A model generated the notes under the pieces. It was not told the DNA's origin, ran no database searches, and was given only the letters and a program-made list of their open reading frames with translations. A DNA stretch of 64,000 nt. Origin: Octopus vulgaris (lineage: Eukaryota). Position 1 is the stretch's first letter; each line of letters starts with the position of its first letter. Below are positions 13,777-27,095 of the stretch, piece after piece. The stretch is from positions 8,122,001-8,186,000 of the forward strand of contig OX597837.1 in NCBI GenBank assembly GCA_951406725.2, given 5' to 3'. The position numbers were made by a program, and so were the translations under genes.

Positions 13777-13989
13777 AGGCGGTGAGATGGCAGAATTGTT
13801 AGGAGGTCAAGCAAAAGGTTTAGCCACATTTTGTCTGTCTTTACGCCTTGATTTCAAATGCCAGGGGTCGAGTTTGCATTTCAACCTTTCGGAGTCGATA
13901 AATTAAGTACCAGTTGTGTACTGGTGTCGATCAAATCGACAGGCCCCTCCCCTAAAATTTCAGGCCTTATGCTTATAGTAGAAAGGATT
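13777..13989 (+). mobile_element. SINE family A
   Basis: GGCGGTGAGATGGCAGAATTGTTAG...GGAGTCGATAAATTAAGTACCAG...AAAATTTCAGGCCTTATGCTTATAGTAGAAAGG. Confidence 0.8.
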
Positions 13990-14109
13990 CTTATTCTTCT
14001 TCTCCTCCACCTTCTTCTTCTTCTTCTCCTCCTCCTTCTTCTTCATCATCATCATCATCATCATCTTCTTCTTCTTCTTCTTCTTCTTCTTCTTCTTCTT
14101 CTTCTTCTT

Positions 14110-14142
<33 letters not shown>

Positions 14143-14167
14143 ATCATTTTTATTATTATTATTATTA

Positions 14168-14243
<76 letters not shown>

Positions 14244-14386
14244 AAAAAAGAGTGCCATTGTCATCAAATGAACGATATTTCGACATCTCCAGTCTCTTCC
14301 ACAGGTCGTTGTTATGATTATTATTATTGTTATTATTATTATTATTATGATTATTATTTTTATTATCATTATTATTATTATTATTA

Positions 14387-14418
<32 letters not shown>

Positions 14419-14478
14419 GTTATTATTATCATCATTATTATTATTATTATTATCATTATTATTATTATTATTATTATT

Positions 14479-14514
<36 letters not shown>

Positions 14515-15690
14515 GTTATTATTATTATCGTCATTATTATTATCATTGTTATCTGGTTATCGCTGGTGCCTCTAATGGCTGTGTAGCTAATGTGTCTGCT
14601 ACTTGTGTTTGGTAAGACTAAACTCAACGATGGCAAACAACAGCAAATGCAATTACCTGCCATGATTTCCTCTCTTCTTTTCTCTTTTTTATCTTAACAA
14701 ATACGAGAAAAAACAATAATAAACAAAACAAAATTTTAGAAAAAGAAAACAAATAAACAAAAATTGCATTTATAAATGTTTTTTATGCTGTATCGTTTTT
14801 GTTCGTAATCTTTTAGTGCGTTTTTGATTTAAATTTTTTTTTTACCTTTTCTTAATACATTTTTTTTCGTTTTTTTTCTTTCTTTTCTTTTGTTTTTTTC
14901 TTTTTCGTTTGCGAGAGAATATTAATTTCATTGCCTGCATTAAGTAACCGAAAACCAACTGAAGCAACAATCACATCATCGTCATCATCATCATCATCAT
15001 CAATATCATCATCATCGTCTTCGTCATCGTCGTCGTCGTCACCATCGTCATCATCGTCATCATCATCATCATCTTCATCATCACCATTTCTATCATCATC
15101 ATAATCGGCGGCGTCGTTGTCGTCACAATCATCATCATCATCGCCATCATCATCATAATCGGCGTCGTCGTCATCATCATCATCGCCACCATCATCATCA
15201 TCATCATCTTCATCATCACCATTTCTATCATCATCATAATCGGCGTCGTCGTCATCATCATCATCGCCACCATCATCATTTTCGTCTTCGTTGTTAACAT
15301 GATTATTTTCATTATTAGCAGTATCCTCATCGTAATAATTATTAACATCATCAGCAGAAAATTCGTTATCGTCGTCGTCATCATCATCATCATCATCACC
15401 ATCACCACCACCACCACCACCACCACCACCACCATGATCATCGTTATCCTCTACATCATAATCATCATCATCATCATCATCATCATCTTCATCACCATCA
15501 CCACCACCACCACCACCACCACCATCATCATCGTTATCCTCTACATCATAATCATCATCATCATCATCATCATCACCATCACCACCACCACCACCATCAT
15601 CAGCATCATCGTTATCCTCTACATCATCATCATCGTTATCCTACACATCATCATCATCATCATCGACATGCATCATCATATTCATCAGCG
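13990..15690. repeat. Cluster of compound trinucleotide microsatellites (CTT, ATT, AGT, ATC, ACC)
   Basis: Directly visible, with short unique interruptions. Confidence 0.85.
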
Positions 15691-16005
15691 GTATTTCTGA
15701 AAAACAATAAACAGTTACAGCAAAAAATAAGAACCGGAGAAAAAAAAAAGAAACAGCAGAATAAAAAACTGCAATAAAAGCAATGCTCAGCAGCAGTAGT
15801 AGGAGCAGCAGCAGCAACAGCAACATCAACTGTTGCTACAGCAACAGCAGAATCAGCAGACCTAGATTCGTGAATGAAATTAGGGAACGAGTTAAGTGTA
15901 AAAAACGAATATAAATTGAAGTAATGTATATAGACATAGATATATATTGAAACAGATGTAGAAAAGAAATATATGTATACAGTTGTGTACAGGTTGATGC
16001 GTGGT

Positions 16006-16038
<33 letters not shown>

Positions 16039-16119
16039 CTGCGTGTGTGTGTGTGTACGTGTGCGTATATATGTGTATATATATATATACATACATATAT
16101 ACATCCATCCATCCATCCA

Positions 16120-16209
<90 letters not shown>

Positions 16210-16320
16210 GACGAACAGCTAGACAGATAAATAGATTGATAGATAGAGATATGTATATATTCATACTGTATCTAAATTTCATGCATAAAAGTATATATAT
16301 GTGTGTTTATAAATATAGGC

Positions 16321-16352
<32 letters not shown>

Positions 16353-16389
16353 GTGTGTACATATATACATATATATGTATACACACATA

Positions 16390-16463
<74 letters not shown>

Positions 16464-17395
16464 CATAAGTACGCCAATAACACACAGACATATACCAATA
16501 CTTTATATCCATATAAAAGAAAAAAATTGCTGGCATCATCAGGCATTCTACGAGTGGCGATGATATCGGAGATAACTTTGAGGAGGAAGCGGTGATGGGG
16601 TGGGGGTGGGGTGGGGTAATATGCAGGAGAAAAAAAACAATAAACCGAAAGGTTACAACAACATTATTACAGCGTATTCGCAGTGAATAAAAAGAGCAAA
16701 AAAAAAAAACAAAAAAAGAAAAGAAATAAAATAAAATAAAAATGTATAAATAAAAGAAAAAATAAGATAAAATATATATATTTTCTGTGAAACACAAATA
16801 TTTTATTAAAGAGAGAAATATTTGCTACCAAGTAGAATATTGTTAATAAACAGTTTGTTTTAAATTGTTCTACGTTGGAATTTTCATGGAACCGAAAAAA
16901 AAAATTGGTAATATTTGCATAGCTCTGGACATTAGGGTTATTAAAATATAACAAAAGAGATAGAAAACAAACGTTGGTGATGTTGTTCTTATAACTGTTA
17001 TTGTCGATTTTTTTTGTTTTTGTCTTTTGTTTTTGTTTTGGTATATTTTTTGTTTTGTTGGATATAGATGTCTTAAAAGTGCGGTATTATATTGTTATGG
17101 TTTCTCTATGAAGCAAAAAAAGTAAATAAATAAATAAATGAAATAATAATAAGAAGAAGAATATAAAAAAAGCAAGAAAGAAGAACGAAACATATACGTA
17201 GAACGTTGTTTGTTATATGGCTTTTTGTATGTGTGTGTGTGTGTGTGTGTGCGTGCGTGTGTGTGTGTGTGTTTCTCTGTGTGTGTGTGTGTGCGTGTTT
17301 TTGCAGAGTAAAGCAAAACAGTGCTCACTTCAACTAGCAGAGAATATTGCACGAGTGGAACATATATATATATGATATATAATATATATATATAC

Positions 17396-17512
<117 letters not shown>

Positions 17513-17734
17513 ATACACGTATATACTTACATTATATATATATATATATGTATGTATGTATACACACTCAGATATGTATACACGCACACATATATATATA
17601 TATTTAAATATATATGCATATCAATACTCACACACACAATCTCACACACGCATGCAGTGAACATATGTACACATTTATTTATGTATGTGTTTATATGTAT
17701 ATATTTATATAGTCAAGCATATATATATATACAA

Positions 17735-17777
<43 letters not shown>

Positions 17778-17925
17778 TATATATATATATGTATATATAT
17801 TGTGCATCTTGTGTGTACAGAAACATGTACAAGTGCTGCTTTTCCGTTTCAAGCTCTACGTAGAGTATCGTGTTCCACACTGCTTCCAGAATAGTTGTGA
17901 ACTAAATCCTATGCCGATTAGTATT

Positions 17926-18150
17926 ATGTTCTTTCTCGAGCCATGCCAGGCTCATAAGGGCCGGTTTCCCGGTTTCAGTTGCGTAGACGTTCCCCACCTG
18001 AATATGACGCCGGTCTGTCGCAGTGTTACTCATTTTTGCCAGCTGAGTGGACTGGAGCAACGTGAAAACGAAAGTGTTTTGTTCAAGAACACAACGCATC
18101 GCCCTGTCCAGGAATCGAAACCATGACCTTGTGATCATAAGCCACGGGCC
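17926..18150 (-). mobile_element. tRNA-derived SINE, family C (V-domain-like)
   Basis: Reverse complement matches 56368-56620 (TTGCTCCAGTCCACTCAGCTGGCAAAAATGAGTAACACTGCGAC...GAAACCGGGAAACCGG). The tail is shared with the copy at 62357. Confidence 0.82.
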
Positions 18151-18204
18151 TCAACCCGATTAGTATTATTAGTTATGAAATCTAGAGCAAATAACAATAA
18201 TGAT

Positions 18205-18338
18205 GACCCTTTTCTGCTGAAGTCTCAAGACCTGATATTTGTTGGGATGAAACTCGTCGATTACAGCGACCCCAGTGTCTCACTGGTAGTTAATTATCGG
18301 CCACGAAAAGATAAAAGGCAAAATCGACCTCAGTGAAT
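18205..18338 (-). mobile_element. SINE family A, diverged partial copy
   Basis: GTCGATTACAGCGACCCCAGTG...CTGGTAGTTAATTATCG...AAAGGCAAAATCGACCTC. Confidence 0.65.
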
Positions 18339-18929
18339 AACTCTCATTGAGTAGAAAATATGCAGTCCTCCTGATATAGAAGACGCTCAAGCTAGGACCA
18401 ATTACTTTCTGTTGTCAGAATAATTCTTAAACTGTGCGTTTCTTTGATTGCCCCTAGTTGGAGTTTCTCTTGTGTTTGGAGGACCGCATATTTCCTAAGA
18501 TCGCATACTTTGTATACAACGTATATTCTTTTATCTCATTTCACTGTCTTCTCAATTTCTCTCTACCAGTTTTTATGTAAATTTCCATACAGATTTTGTC
18601 TGTCATTTTGGTGTCTCAGTCATCTATGCCACTGTGGCTTATAAGAGAAATTATTATTCAAAAAAATATATTCCTTCAGCTTGTGACGGCGGACAAACTG
18701 AAATCGCCCTTGAGCTAGTTTATTCTTATCGAAATTCTTAGTGCTTGAGCAAAAACTCGGTCGAAGCTCCACGACTGAGACATCGTAGGGCGAAAGTTTT
18801 AGTTTAGATAAATTTATGACCGACTTATTCCTTATATGCCAATATTGACCACAATGAAGGTGAAAGCATGCATGGGTGCCTTCGAAAAGCGGTCAAACCA
18901 AAGTATTCCATCAAAGTATTCCATCAAAG

Positions 18930-19595
18930 TATTCTTCTTCTAATTTTTCTTTTTCTTTTTCTTCTTCGTTTTCTTCTTTTTCTTTTTCTTCTTCGTTTTC
19001 TTCTTTTTCTTTTTCTTTTTTTTTCTTCGTTTTCTTCTTCTTCTTTTTCTTCTTCTTCTTCTTCTTCTTTTTCTTTTTCTTCTTCTTTTTCTTTTTCTTT
19101 TTCTTCTTCTTCTTTTTCTTCTTCTTTCTCTTTTTCTTCTTCTTCTTCTTCTTCTTTTTCTTTTTCTTCTTTTTTCTTTTTCTTTTTCTTCTTTTTTTTT
19201 CTTCTTCTTCTTCTTCTTTTTCTTTTTCTTCTTCTTCTTCTTCTTCTTCTTCTTTTTCTTTTTCTTTTTCTTTTTCTTTTTCTTCTTCTTCTTCTTCTTC
19301 TTCTTCTTCTTCTTCCTTCTCTTTTTCTTCTTCTTCTTCTTCTTCTTTTTCTTTTTCTTCTTTTTCTTCTTCTTCTTCTTCTTATTCTTCTTCTTTTCTT
19401 CTTTTCTTCTTCTTCTTCTTTTTCTTTTCTTTTTCTTTTTTCTTTTCTTTTCTTTTTCTTTTTCTTTTCTTCTTCTTTTTCTTTTTCTTCTTTTTCTTCT
19501 TTTTCTTTTCTTCTTCTTCTTCTTTTTCTTTTCTTCTTCTTCTTCTTTTTCTTTTTCTTTTTCTTTTTCTTTTTCTTCTTTTTTTTTTCGTCTTC
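18930..19595. repeat. ~660-bp homopyrimidine (CTT/CTTTTT)n tract
   Basis: Almost exclusively C/T on the plus strand. Confidence 0.95.
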
Positions 19596-19615
19596 ATATT
19601 GTTATTATTATTATT

Positions 19616-19996
19616 GAGTGAGAGAGCAGTGCATGCCATCAAAGTGACATTGGGGTAAAATATACGAAGCCCAATATACCCGTCCGATAAGGGTACACCA
19701 GGCACATGCATCATAACCATATGTTCGCGACATGGTTACCTTATATCAACATAAACAGAGCATGGCTTTGCAAGTGGGACCCAGTTAAAATTTTCTTCCG
19801 GTTGAGTAGCCCATCCCGCTCAAAGTTCCTTGAATAAGGTTTGTTTTACGATGTTAAACGAAGCACCCATGTTTCCAGCAGTGAATTATTCAAACCCCAA
19901 AGAATTCCTTTCAACACATGGCTATGTTGCTCCTCCATTACTTTTGCTAATGATCAGAGATGTACATATCATCAAGTTCAAACTACTGACAAGCAA
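19616..19996 (-). mobile_element. Non-coding (TAA)n-tailed interspersed repeat, copy 1
   Basis: GAGAGAGCAGTGCATGCCATCAAAGTGAC... directly after (ATT)n. Homologous to 28982-29498 and 29565-29947. Confidence 0.8.
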
Positions 19997-20004
19997 TTCG
20001 ATTA

Positions 20005-20257
20005 AATGTGTACCAGTTACGCAGTGGTGTCGATATAATCGACTTAATCCGTTTGTCTGTCCTTGTTTGTCCTCTCTGTGTTTAGCCCCTTGTGGGTAAT
20101 AAACTAATAGGTATTTCGTCTGTCTTTACGTTCTGAGGTCGACTTTGCCTTTCATCCTTTCGGGGTCGATAAATTTAGTACCAGTTGCGTACTGGGGTCG
20201 ATCTAATCGACTGTCCCCTCCCCCAAAATTTCGAGCCTTGTACCGAGAGTAGAAAAG

Positions 20258-20260
<3 letters not shown>
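20005..20260 (+). mobile_element. SINE family A tandem dimer remnant (tail 1 joined to a head-less unit with tail 2)
   Basis: ...TTTAGCCCCTTGTGGGTAATAAACTAATAG|GTATTTCGTCTGTCTTTACG...CCCCAAAATTTCGAGCCTTG. Confidence 0.8.
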
Positions 20261-20353
<93 letters not shown>

Positions 20354-20468
20354 ACTATTCTTCGTATTACTATTAATCTCTGTTTTGGTGGGGAGGGACA
20401 ATGTTCGTCTGACGTCCCCTCCCCCCAAAAATTTCGAACCTTGTGCCTATAGCAGAAACGATTATAAC

Positions 20469-20559
<91 letters not shown>

Positions 20560-21103
20560 CTTGTTGTTACTATTCTTCGTATTACTATTAATCTCTGTTT
20601 TTTTTGGGGGTGGGGGACAATGTTCGTCTAACGGAAATATTTACATTTGAAAAAAAAAATTTTTTTTCCCAACAGAGGTCATTGTCAATTTGAGTTTCTT
20701 TTGTTCTTGTTTTCTGCTGTTGTTATTACACTTGAAGAGATAAGATTCATACGTCATTTTTTGGCAAATTATGGAGAAAAGATATAGTGTTAATTAAATT
20801 TCTTGACGTCTGTGTTTACTATTCTTTATGACAGTTTAAAATTTCTTTTACTTACGAGTATCTTGGTAAAGATTGTTTACGAACATATCTTCGGATTCAT
20901 TGAATACGTATATAAATACTTGTGCGCATGCGTATGTGTGTGTGGTGTATGTATGTATGTGTATATACGTATATATAATGTATGTATTTGTATATATTTA
21001 TGTCTGTATACTTATATATGTATATGTTCTTGTATACAGACATATGCGTATGTATATATGTATGCGTGTGTATATGTATGTCTGTAAACGAAGAGAGAGA
21101 GAC

Positions 21104-21140
<37 letters not shown>

Positions 21141-21785
21141 GTGAGAAACAGGGGGAGTGTATTGAAATTTCAAAGGTGTTTCGTTGAATATTCTATAGGA
21201 CGTACATTGTAGACAAAACAAATTTTCGGTGTAAAGCAAGAAAATTTACGCCTACAGGTATAGCTACATGAATGCTACATGGAGGTGTGAACCATCTTGT
21301 ATTACTCCGTGTCTATGGTCTGTGCTCAAACAATACATAGATACACACACGCATACATACATACATACATACATACATACATACATACATACATACATAC
21401 ATACATACATACATACATACATACATACATACATACATACATACATACATACATACATACATACATACATGCATACATACATACATACATACATTACATA
21501 CATGCATATAATCATACATACATGCATACATACATACATACATACATACATACATACATACATACATACATACATACATACATACATACATACATACATA
21601 CATGCATACATACATACATACATACATATATACACACACGCATACATACATACATACATACATACATACATACAGGTTCACACTTATATAAAGATAGATA
21701 TATATATATACATGCATTGAATATATATATATATATATACATATGTCTATATATAAGTGCTTATATCTGCATAAATATCGGTACG

Positions 21786-21822
<37 letters not shown>

Positions 21823-21840
21823 GTATGTATGTATATATAA

Positions 21841-21886
<46 letters not shown>

Positions 21887-21939
21887 TTGCGTATGTCTAT
21901 ATATAAGTGCTTATATCTGTATAAATATCGGTACATACC

Positions 21940-21985
<46 letters not shown>

Positions 21986-22077
21986 CGTTCGTGTGTGTAT
22001 ATTTATGGATGTTTAATTTTGTGTATATATATGTATATATACACATATGCATATATATATATATACATATATGTATG

Positions 22078-22115
<38 letters not shown>

Positions 22116-22862
22116 GATGGATAGATACGCACATACACAATCACTCACACACTCATATATACATACATAAACATACAACTAAGTTCTGTGCGGCAGTATA
22201 TTCTGAAAAAGGATATTGTGCTGATACTTTTTAATATTCAAGATGTAGACTCAATTCGTTTTCAATATTAAACTTATGCTCATGTGTTCAAAATGTTGTC
22301 GAGATCGATTAACTTTTCATACGTCTGGGATCGATCGAATATAAGTACCATGTAAGTACTTGTGTCAATCTACTCGATTATACTTACTCTCCGAATTTTT
22401 GGTTTTGTAATTATGTTAGACACCAGCATTAAATCGATAATGAAATTTGAATTCAATATTAGAAAGTGTATTAAAACGTCTTGCCACTATCTTTAGACGT
22501 GTTTCGAAATTTGTGTCTTCGGCGCAGCGTAATGTATGCTGTGGTCAACGTTGCTGTCCATGCTTAGACCAAGGAAAAGAAATTCGATAGTGTTAAATAT
22601 TTATAATCTGTTACAAGGTGAAGCCGCTTTACACATTGTTTACAAATTGTCTTGTTACTGTGGAGATGCTTACTACCGGACCGTCTATACGAAGAATGTA
22701 CATTAAAATAGATGAAGATTTTCACCTAGGCTAACACTACCTTGTACAGTATGGAAAACTTCACAGACACCGACGCTATATATATATATATATATATATA
22801 TATTACGGAGATGTACTTGCATAGCAAGTGACCTGAACTAAGATCGTGATGCAGCACGGAAT

Positions 22863-22913
22863 TTTGTCAGTGAACAGGTCGTGGTCTCAAGGCGACGAAA
22901 ATATTTTGACAAA
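22863..22913 (+). ncRNA. Minimal type I hammerhead-like motif with G3-C8 core (GUGAACA)
   Basis: TTTGTCA GTGAACA G GTCG-(11 nt)-CGAC GAAA ATAT T T TGACAAA. 7-bp stem I, 4-bp stem II, palindromic AATATT stem III. Lies in a 125-bp island between (TA)n and (TCTA)n. Confidence 0.6.
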
Positions 22914-22929
22914 TTAAATTAATAAATCA

Positions 22930-23077
<148 letters not shown>

Positions 23078-23142
23078 GTCTGTCTATCTATCTCCCTGTA
23101 TATATATATTCGCCATGATATTCCCTGTTTATTTCTGTGTTC

Positions 23143-23178
23143 CTTTCTGTCGAAGAGCGTAGGCTCGAAACATAAAAG
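23143..23178 (+). ncRNA. Degenerate minimal hammerhead (5451 family)
   Basis: CTTT CTGTCGA A GAGC-GTAG-GCTC GAAA CA T A AAAG. Stem I covaries (CTTT/AAAG). The A6T and stem III CG>CA changes probably inactivate it. Confidence 0.55.
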
Positions 23179-23274
23179 ACTTTCTCATTTCCCGAGCGTT
23201 AAACTAATACATCTGTTTGGTGTTTACACACTCGTCTTCGTTTTTTTTAATAAATTCTCACTATATATATATAC

Positions 23275-23328
<54 letters not shown>

Positions 23329-23344
23329 GATAAATAAATTCGTA

Positions 23345-23584
23345 CTTTTAAAGCCTAGCCAGGCTCATGGGCCTGTTTCCGGTTTCAATGGCGTATGTGT
23401 TCCTCTGTTGGACGGGATGTTAGTCCATCGCAGCGTTACTCGCTTTTGCCAGCTGAGTGGACTGGAGCAACGTGAAATGAAGTGTTTTGCTCAAGAACAC
23501 CACGCGTCACCCGGTCTAGGAATCGAAACCACAATCTTACCATCATGACGTTGACGCCCTAACCACTAAGCCACGCGCTTCCAC
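23345..23584 (-). mobile_element. SINE family C (V-domain-like), full length
   Basis: Reverse complement aligns end to end with 56368-56612. Confidence 0.88.
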
Positions 23585-23620
23585 TATATATATATATACA
23601 TATATGTGTGTGTGTGTGTG

Positions 23621-23708
<88 letters not shown>

Positions 23709-23736
23709 GTATGTATATATATATATATATATATAC

Positions 23737-23922
23737 ACGACTGTTTTCTTTCAGTTTCTGTCTTGCAAATCAACAAATCAACGCACAAGGCTTTGGTCAA
23801 TCCGTGGTTATAGTAGAAAACTCTTTAACCTAACCTAGCTTCCACGCAGCGGGGACTGAACCCGGTACCTTGTGGCTGGAATTCAAACTTCTTACCACCA
23901 CACGCAGCCACACTGTCGCCTC
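23737..23922 (-). mobile_element. SINE family B, diverged 5' half
   Basis: TTCTTTCAGTTTC...CACAAGGCTTTGGTC...TATAGTAGAA...GGGACTGAACCC...CAGCCAC. Confidence 0.7.
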
Positions 23923-24527
23923 TAGTCACGCTCGCGCACTGTATATAAAGATCGTGAAAAAAAAACCTCCACATAATTCAAGCACATTCACGCTAAACAT
24001 TGAAGAGAAAACCAAGCATATTTTTTTCTATGGCATCCTGACTTTATAACCATTGGAAACGTTCGGATTTTACACAAAGCTTTCAGCCAACCCTTCTGCC
24101 CCACTGCACCTCTCAAACAAGGAGACTTGCGTGTGCTAACGTGTGCTACTTACCTTTCATTCAATATGTTTGCACCGTCCTTTATGTACAGTACACAGCT
24201 TTTTCTCATGTTTACCCGGCTTTATTGATGAATATACGCTGAGAATGTATAAGTATGTAAACTCTGCTCTTGTCGTGTTTGTATTTTATTTTATTTTTTT
24301 TTCCGGTTTTCGGTTCGACGTTATTATCTTGTTTTTAGGGGGATTTTTTGTGTTTTTTATACAGCTTGCTTTCTCTTTCTCTTCCCCCTCTCTCTTTCTC
24401 TTTCTCTCTCACTCTTTCTTTCTCTCTCTTTCTCTCTCACTCGTTTTCTCTCTCTCTCTTTTTCTCTCTCACTCCCTCTCTCTCCATCACCTCGCGACAT
24501 TTCACACCTTCCTACTACCACTATCCC

Positions 24528-24575
<48 letters not shown>

Positions 24576-25485
24576 TACAGCAATCAGCATGAAAACTACC
24601 ACCTTCACCACCACCACCACCACCACCACCACCACCACCACCACCACCACCACCACCACCTTCACCACCAATGTCATTACCATCATCAACACCAGCACTG
24701 CTACAACCGCCGACACCACCACCACCACCATCACCACCACCATCACAATCGCCACCACCATCGCCATCCCCATCGCACCACCACTTCCAACTGCCATCAC
24801 TACCCTTAACACCAGCATTGCCACCACCATCACCACCACCAACACCACCACCAACAACATCACACCACCATCATCACCTCTACGACGACGACCACCACCA
24901 CTACCACCACCAACTACCCCAGCCATCCCAACCACCCCCACTACTCTAGTTTAATGAGAGCAAATATCTAAACCCATTTCATCACATTAGACGGCTTGAT
25001 TCAGACAGAATCGATCGGTTTAGCTGGAACTGTAATGGCGGCATTGCTGGAATAAGTTAACATGAATAGAAAAGGAGGAGGAGGGAGAGGAAGAGGAAGA
25101 GGGGGGAAGAGCAGGAAGGGGAAGGCGATCGATGTATATGTTTGACTGATTGAATGATGATTGACTGGTTTAGGGGTTTGGGGTCGGGTTGGATACAGTT
25201 GTGTATGTAGGGGGGAGGTGTATGGGTTGGTCAATATGATAAGGTCAGGTGATGCTGATCTGCAACGAACATGCATCGGGGGTTATCTAACGTCCATTGT
25301 TTGGTTTTGCTGGAATGTATTGTTGACCAGGTTCTGACTCACAGGTTGGCTGGCTGACCGGCTGACCGGCTGACCGGTTGGATGGTTGCTCGGTTGATTG
25401 GTTGGTTGGTGAGAGAGAAAAGGCGTTGTATGTACTCGAAAATGGAGAATCTTGTTTCCCACACTATTATCGAAACCTTTCATAT

Positions 25486-25694
25486 GGCGAGCTGGTAGAA
25501 ACGTTAGCACACTTGGCGAAATGCTTAGCAGCATTTCGTCTGTCATTACGTTCTGAGTTCAAATTCCGCCGAGGTCAACTTTGCTTTTCATCCTTTCGGG
25601 GTCGATAAATTAAGCACCAGTTACGACTTAATCCTTTTGTCTGTCCTTGTTTGTCCTCTCTGTGTGTAGCCCCTTGTGGTCAGTAAAGAAATAA
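25486..25694 (+). mobile_element. SINE family A (tail 1) with target-site duplication
   Basis: GGCGAGCTGGTAGAAACGTTAG...GTAAAGAAATAA, flanked by GAAACCTTTCA(T/A)ATGG at 25472 and 25695. Confidence 0.88.
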
Positions 25695-25709
25695 GAAACC
25701 TTTCAAATG

Positions 25710-27095
25710 GCCAGGAGTGTTGAGGTTGGTTCGGCCTGACTTGCTGAGCTGGTTAGACTGGAATACATCTGACTGACTGGTCAGTGGGCGGTCTTGTAGA
25801 ATGTGTCGATTTGATGGGTAGCTGGGTCCGGAGAGATTGTGGTAGATATAGGTTGAGGGATCAATACTAAAATATGTTACGAATAACGGAGAATTTTGGC
25901 TCTCACAATAGAGAAAAAATTGTCACAGAACGGGGAAATTGTCACACCGTTCAACCTTCTTCTGTCCACTCGGTCTAGCTGGGAGTGTTCCATTTGGTTT
26001 GACCTGATAGGGTGAGCTGCTCAGATTGGAATATATCTGGTTGACTGGTCAGAAGGCGGTCTTGTAGAATGACTAGATTTTATGGGTAGCTGTGTTGCGA
26101 GAGATTGTGGTAGATATAGGGTTAGAGATTAACCCTAAAATCTGTTGCGATTAATGGAGAATCTTGGCTTTCACATTATGGAAACCTTTCTTACGGAACG
26201 AGAAAATTGACATACCCTCCAGCCTTCTACCGGCCCCTCGGTCTAGCTAGGGGTACGTTGCAAGGTTTGGACTGGGCTGGCAGCTGACAGCATGAAGTTG
26301 TCTCAGGATGTGTCACAGCATGTGGCATCCCAGATGAGGGTCCTGCGGCTACAGAGCGGGAAAACTGTCATACTGTCTAGCCTTCAACTTGCTCTATCCG
26401 GGAGTTTTCCGGACGGTTTGGTCAGACTAGCCACCGGGGAATATATTAGATTGAATGGTCGGAAAGCGGTCTTAACCGCGTCCGGAGAGATTGTGGTAAA
26501 TATAGGGTTAAGAATTAATAATATCTATTGAGATTAACGGAGAATCTTGCCTCTCAAAATATAGAAACACTTCTCATAGTACCAGCAGACAAAAATAGAA
26601 AAGGCGTTGCCTCGGAGGATGGCAAGGGAGATGCACTGGAACAACCACTCTGACTCGCGGGGCTCGCAGTTGCAGGTAGCAGTCTCCGCTCCGAGGGCGG
26701 TAAGCAGGGATATGGTTCGGGGAGTAAGAACAACGGGAGTTTGGACTCCCACATGCTCGACCATAAACCTGTTGGGGAGCGATCGATACATTGACAGTCT
26801 TTTTCTTTCTCAGCCTGACGAGCAGCGGAGCCTGGGCTGGGAGCTGACAATACCAAGAAGCCACTGGACAAGGTGTCACAGCATGTGGGAATCCCAGATG
26901 AGGGGCCTACCGTCACGGAACGGGAAAATTGTACCGTCCGGCCTTCTACCTTCCCCTCGGTCCACCCGGCTGTGTTCCGGTTGGATTGACCTGACTAGCT
27001 AAGTTGGTCAGACTGGCCACCGGGGAATATATTTGGCTTAATGGTCGGAAAGCAGTGTTGCAAAATGTCTGGATTTGATGGGTAGCTGGGTAGTT
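25710..27095. repeat. Diverged ~270-bp tandem repeat interleaved with CRE endonuclease pieces
   Basis: Recurring blocks GGCGGTCTTGTAGAATG, GAGAGATTGTGGTAGATATAGG and ACGGAACGGGAAAATTGT..ACCGTCC..CCTCGGTCTAGC at ~25790/26055/26465/27045 and ~25925/26190/26915. Confidence 0.7.
26581..26970 (-). pseudogene. CRE-clade non-LTR retrotransposon C-terminal restriction-like endonuclease fragment (frameshifted)
   Basis: Joined frames give DRGEGRRPDG-TIFPFRDGRPLIWD-TCCDTLSSGFLVLSAPSPGSAARQAEKEK-YRSL...WLFQCISLAILRGNA. This matches the RPDG/WD..DT/AE..K..KY/LFQR.S.AI.RGNA pattern of CRE elements. Confidence 0.8.

Noticed and set aside
18355-18496. ~17-bp inverted repeat AAATATGCAGTCCTCC/GGAGGACCGCATATTT as a MITE
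   Set aside because: Single copy with no clear TSD, so it cannot be supported from this window.
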